64,000 nt of DNA from Euglena gracilis (Eukaryota), in assembly GCA_039621445.1 (NCBI GenBank), contig CP154954.1, forward strand, positions 37,123,703-37,187,702. The letters are read 5' to 3'. The notes below the pieces were generated by a model. That model was given only the letters and a program-made list of their open reading frames with translations. It did not search any database and was not told the origin of the DNA. Positions 61,201 to 64,000 of this stretch are shown here, piece by piece (position 1 is the stretch's first letter; each line of letters begins with the position of its first letter). The position numbers were made by a program, and so were the translations under genes.

Positions 61201-64000
61201 AAACTGAAAACCGATTGGTGGTTCCCATTGAGATCCCCGGTATAGCTATTCCGATGTGCCGGCCGGATTAGTGCCTACGGGTGTGAAAAACATGCGGATA
61301 TCAAAAACTAGCCAGATATCGACAGTTTTGGAGGGGTGGAAGACGGCCCCAAATGTCAGTACAGCCTGGTCCCCATACCTGGGCCTATGGGAAACCGTCA
61401 TTTGGCCCTAAAACTGGAAACCGATTGGTGGTTCCCATTGAGATCCCCGGTATAGCTATTCCGATGTGCCGGCCGGATTAGTGCCTACGGGTGTGAAAAA
61501 CATGCGGATATCAAGAAACTAGCCAGATATCGACAGTTTTGGAGGGGTGGAAGACGGCCCCAAATGTCAGTACAGCCTGGTCCCCATACCTGGGCCTATG
61601 GGAAACCGTGATTTGGCCCTAAAACTGGAAACCGATTGGTGGTTCCCATTGAGATCCCCGGTATAGCTATTCCGATGTGCCGGCCGGATTAGTGCCTACG
61701 GGTGTGAAAAACATGCGGATATCAAAAACTAGCCAGATATCGACAGTTTTGGAGGGGTGGAAGACGGCCCCAAATGTCAGTACAGCCTGGTCCCCATACC
61801 TGGGCCTATGGGAAACCGTGATTTGGCCCTAAAACTGGAAACCGATTGGTGGTTCCCATTGAGATCCCCGGTATAGCTATTCCGATGTGCCGGCCGGATT
61901 AGTGCCTACGGGTGTGAAAAACATGCGGATATCAAAAAACTAGCCAGATATCGACAGTTTTGGAGGGGTGGAAGACGGCCCCAAATGTCAGTACAGCCTG
62001 GTCCCCATACCTGGGCCTATGGGAAACCGTGATTTGGCCCTAAAACTGGAAACCGATTGGTGGTTCCCATTGAGATCCCCGGTATAGCTATTCCGATGTG
62101 CCGGCCGGATTAGTGCCTACGGGTGTGAAAAACATGCGGATATCAAAAACTAGCCAGATATCGACAGTTTTGGAGGGGTGGAAGACGGCCCCAAATGTCA
62201 GTACAGCCTGGTCCCCATACCTGGGCCGATGGGAAACCGTCATTTGGCCCTAAAACTGGAAACCGATTGGTGGTTCCCATTGAGATCCCCGGTATAGCTA
62301 TTCCGATGTGCCGGCCGGATTAGTGCCTACGGGTGTGAAAAACATGCGGATATCAAAAAACTAGCCAGATATCGACAGTTTTGGAGGGGTGGAAGACGGC
62401 CCCAAATGTCAGTACAGCCTGGTCCCCATACCTGGGCCGATGGGAAACCGTGATTTGGCCCTAAAACTGGAAACCGATTGGTGGTTCCCATTGAGATCCC
62501 CGGTAGAGCTATTCTGATGTGCGGCCGGAGTAGTGCCTACCGGTGTGAAAACATGCGGATATTAAAAAACTAGCCAGATATCGACAGTTTTGGAGGGTGG
62601 AAGACGGCCCCAAATGTCAGTACAGCCTGGTCCCCATACCTGGGCCGATGGGAAACCGTCATTTGGCCCTAAAACTGGAAACCGATTGGTGGTTCCCATT
62701 GAGATCCCCGGTATAGCTATTCCGATGTGCCGGCCGGATTAGTGCCTACGGGTGTGAAAAACGTGCGGATATCAAAAATCTAGCCAGATATCGACAGTGG
62801 AAGACGGCCCCAAATGTCAGTACAGCCTGGTCCCCATACCTGGGCCTATGGGAAACCGTGATTTGGCCCTAAAACTGGAAACCGATTGGTGGTTCCCATT
62901 GAGATCCCCGGTATAGCTATTCCGATGTGCCGGCCGGATTAGTGCCTACGGGTGTGAAAACATGCGGATATCAAAAAACTAGCCAGATATCGACAGTTTT
63001 GGAGGGGTGGAAGACGGCCCCAAATGTCAGTACAGCCTGGTCCCCATACCTGGGCCTATGGGAAACCGTCATTTGGCCCTAAAACTGGAAACCGATTGGT
63101 GGTTCCCATTGAGATCCCCGGTATAGCTATTCCGATGTGCCGGCCGGATTAGTGCCTACGGGTGTGAAAAACATGCGGATATCAAAAAACTAGCCAGATA
63201 TCGACAGTTTTGGAGGGGTGGAAGACGGCCCCAAATGTCAGTACAGCCTGGTCCCCATACCTGGGCCTATGGGAAACCGTCATTTGGCCCTAAAACTGGA
63301 AACCGATTGGTGGTTCCCATTGAGATCCCCGGTATAGCTATTCCGATGTGCCGGCCGGATTAGTGCCTACGGGTGTGAAAAACATGCGGATATCAAAAAA
63401 CTAGCCAGATATCGACAGTTTTGGAGGGGTGGAAGACGGCCCCAAATGTCAGTACAGCCTGGTCCCCATACCTGGGCCTATGGGAAACCGTCATTTGGCC
63501 CTAAAACTGGAAACCGATTGGTGGTTCCCATTGAGATCCCCGGTATAGCTATTCCGATGTGCCGGCCGGATTAGTGCCTACGGGTGTGAAAAACATGCGG
63601 ATATCAAAAAGCTAGCCAGATATCGACAGTTTTGGAGGGGTGGAAGACGGCCCCAAATGTCAGTACAGCCTGGTCCCCATACCTGGGCCTATGGGAAACC
63701 GTCATTTGGCCCTAAAACTGGAAACCGATTGGTGGTTCCCATTGAGATCCCCGGTATAGCTATTCCGATGTGCCGGCCGGATTAGTGCCTACGGGTGTGA
63801 AAAACATGCGGATATCAAAAAACTAGCCAGATATCGACAGTTTTGGAGGGGTGGAAGACGGCCCCAAATGTCAGTACAGCCTGGTCCCCATACCTGGGCC
63901 TATGGGAAACCGTGATTTGGCCCTAAAACTGGAAACCGATTGGTGGTTCCCATTGAGATCCCCGGTATAGCTATTCCGATGTGCCGGCCGGATTAGTGCC
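46292..64000 (+). repeat. Satellite 3: 211-bp tandem unit, ~84 copies, running off the window end
   Basis: tgtgccggc.ggattagtgcctacgggtgtgaaaaacatgcggatatc... at 46292, 46503 and onward. Highly homogeneous, with no insertions seen. Confidence 0.99.

Noticed and set aside
46292-64000. CRISPR-like array or repeated small CDS
   Set aside because: Units are contiguous and near-identical with no unique spacers and no cas genes. The ORFs depend on sporadic point variants.

Overview
Eukaryotic, repeat-saturated genomic DNA with no intact gene. TTAGGG-type repeats, an AG/GT-bounded H+-PPase exon and long G/C homopolymers point to a protist, possibly euglenozoan (inference only). Two satellite arrays (~208-bp unit at ~1.7-10.8 kb; 211-bp unit from 46.3 kb to the window end) and a ~310-bp tandem array enclose a ~32-kb zone of nested non-autonomous DNA transposons (MITEs). 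These include hAT-like elements with 8-bp TSDs, TA-flanked TACCA...TGGTA elements, and 3-bp-TSD elements. Almost all ORFs in the supplied track are spurious readings of repeats. The main finding is two diverged, decayed copies (26.5-28.0 kb and 34.3-36.1 kb, minus strand) of one element. Its reconstructed protein has a shared N-terminal domain and a C-terminal PHD finger, and the 34-36 kb copy also keeps a Crypton-like tyrosine-recombinase segment. Each copy is bracketed by ~45-50-bp inverted repeats and followed by a ~110-bp hairpin with a cTTCGg centre. Orphan host exons (H+-PPase, mitochondrial carrier) and hAT transposase fragments are also present. All calls come from manual reading; no searches were run.
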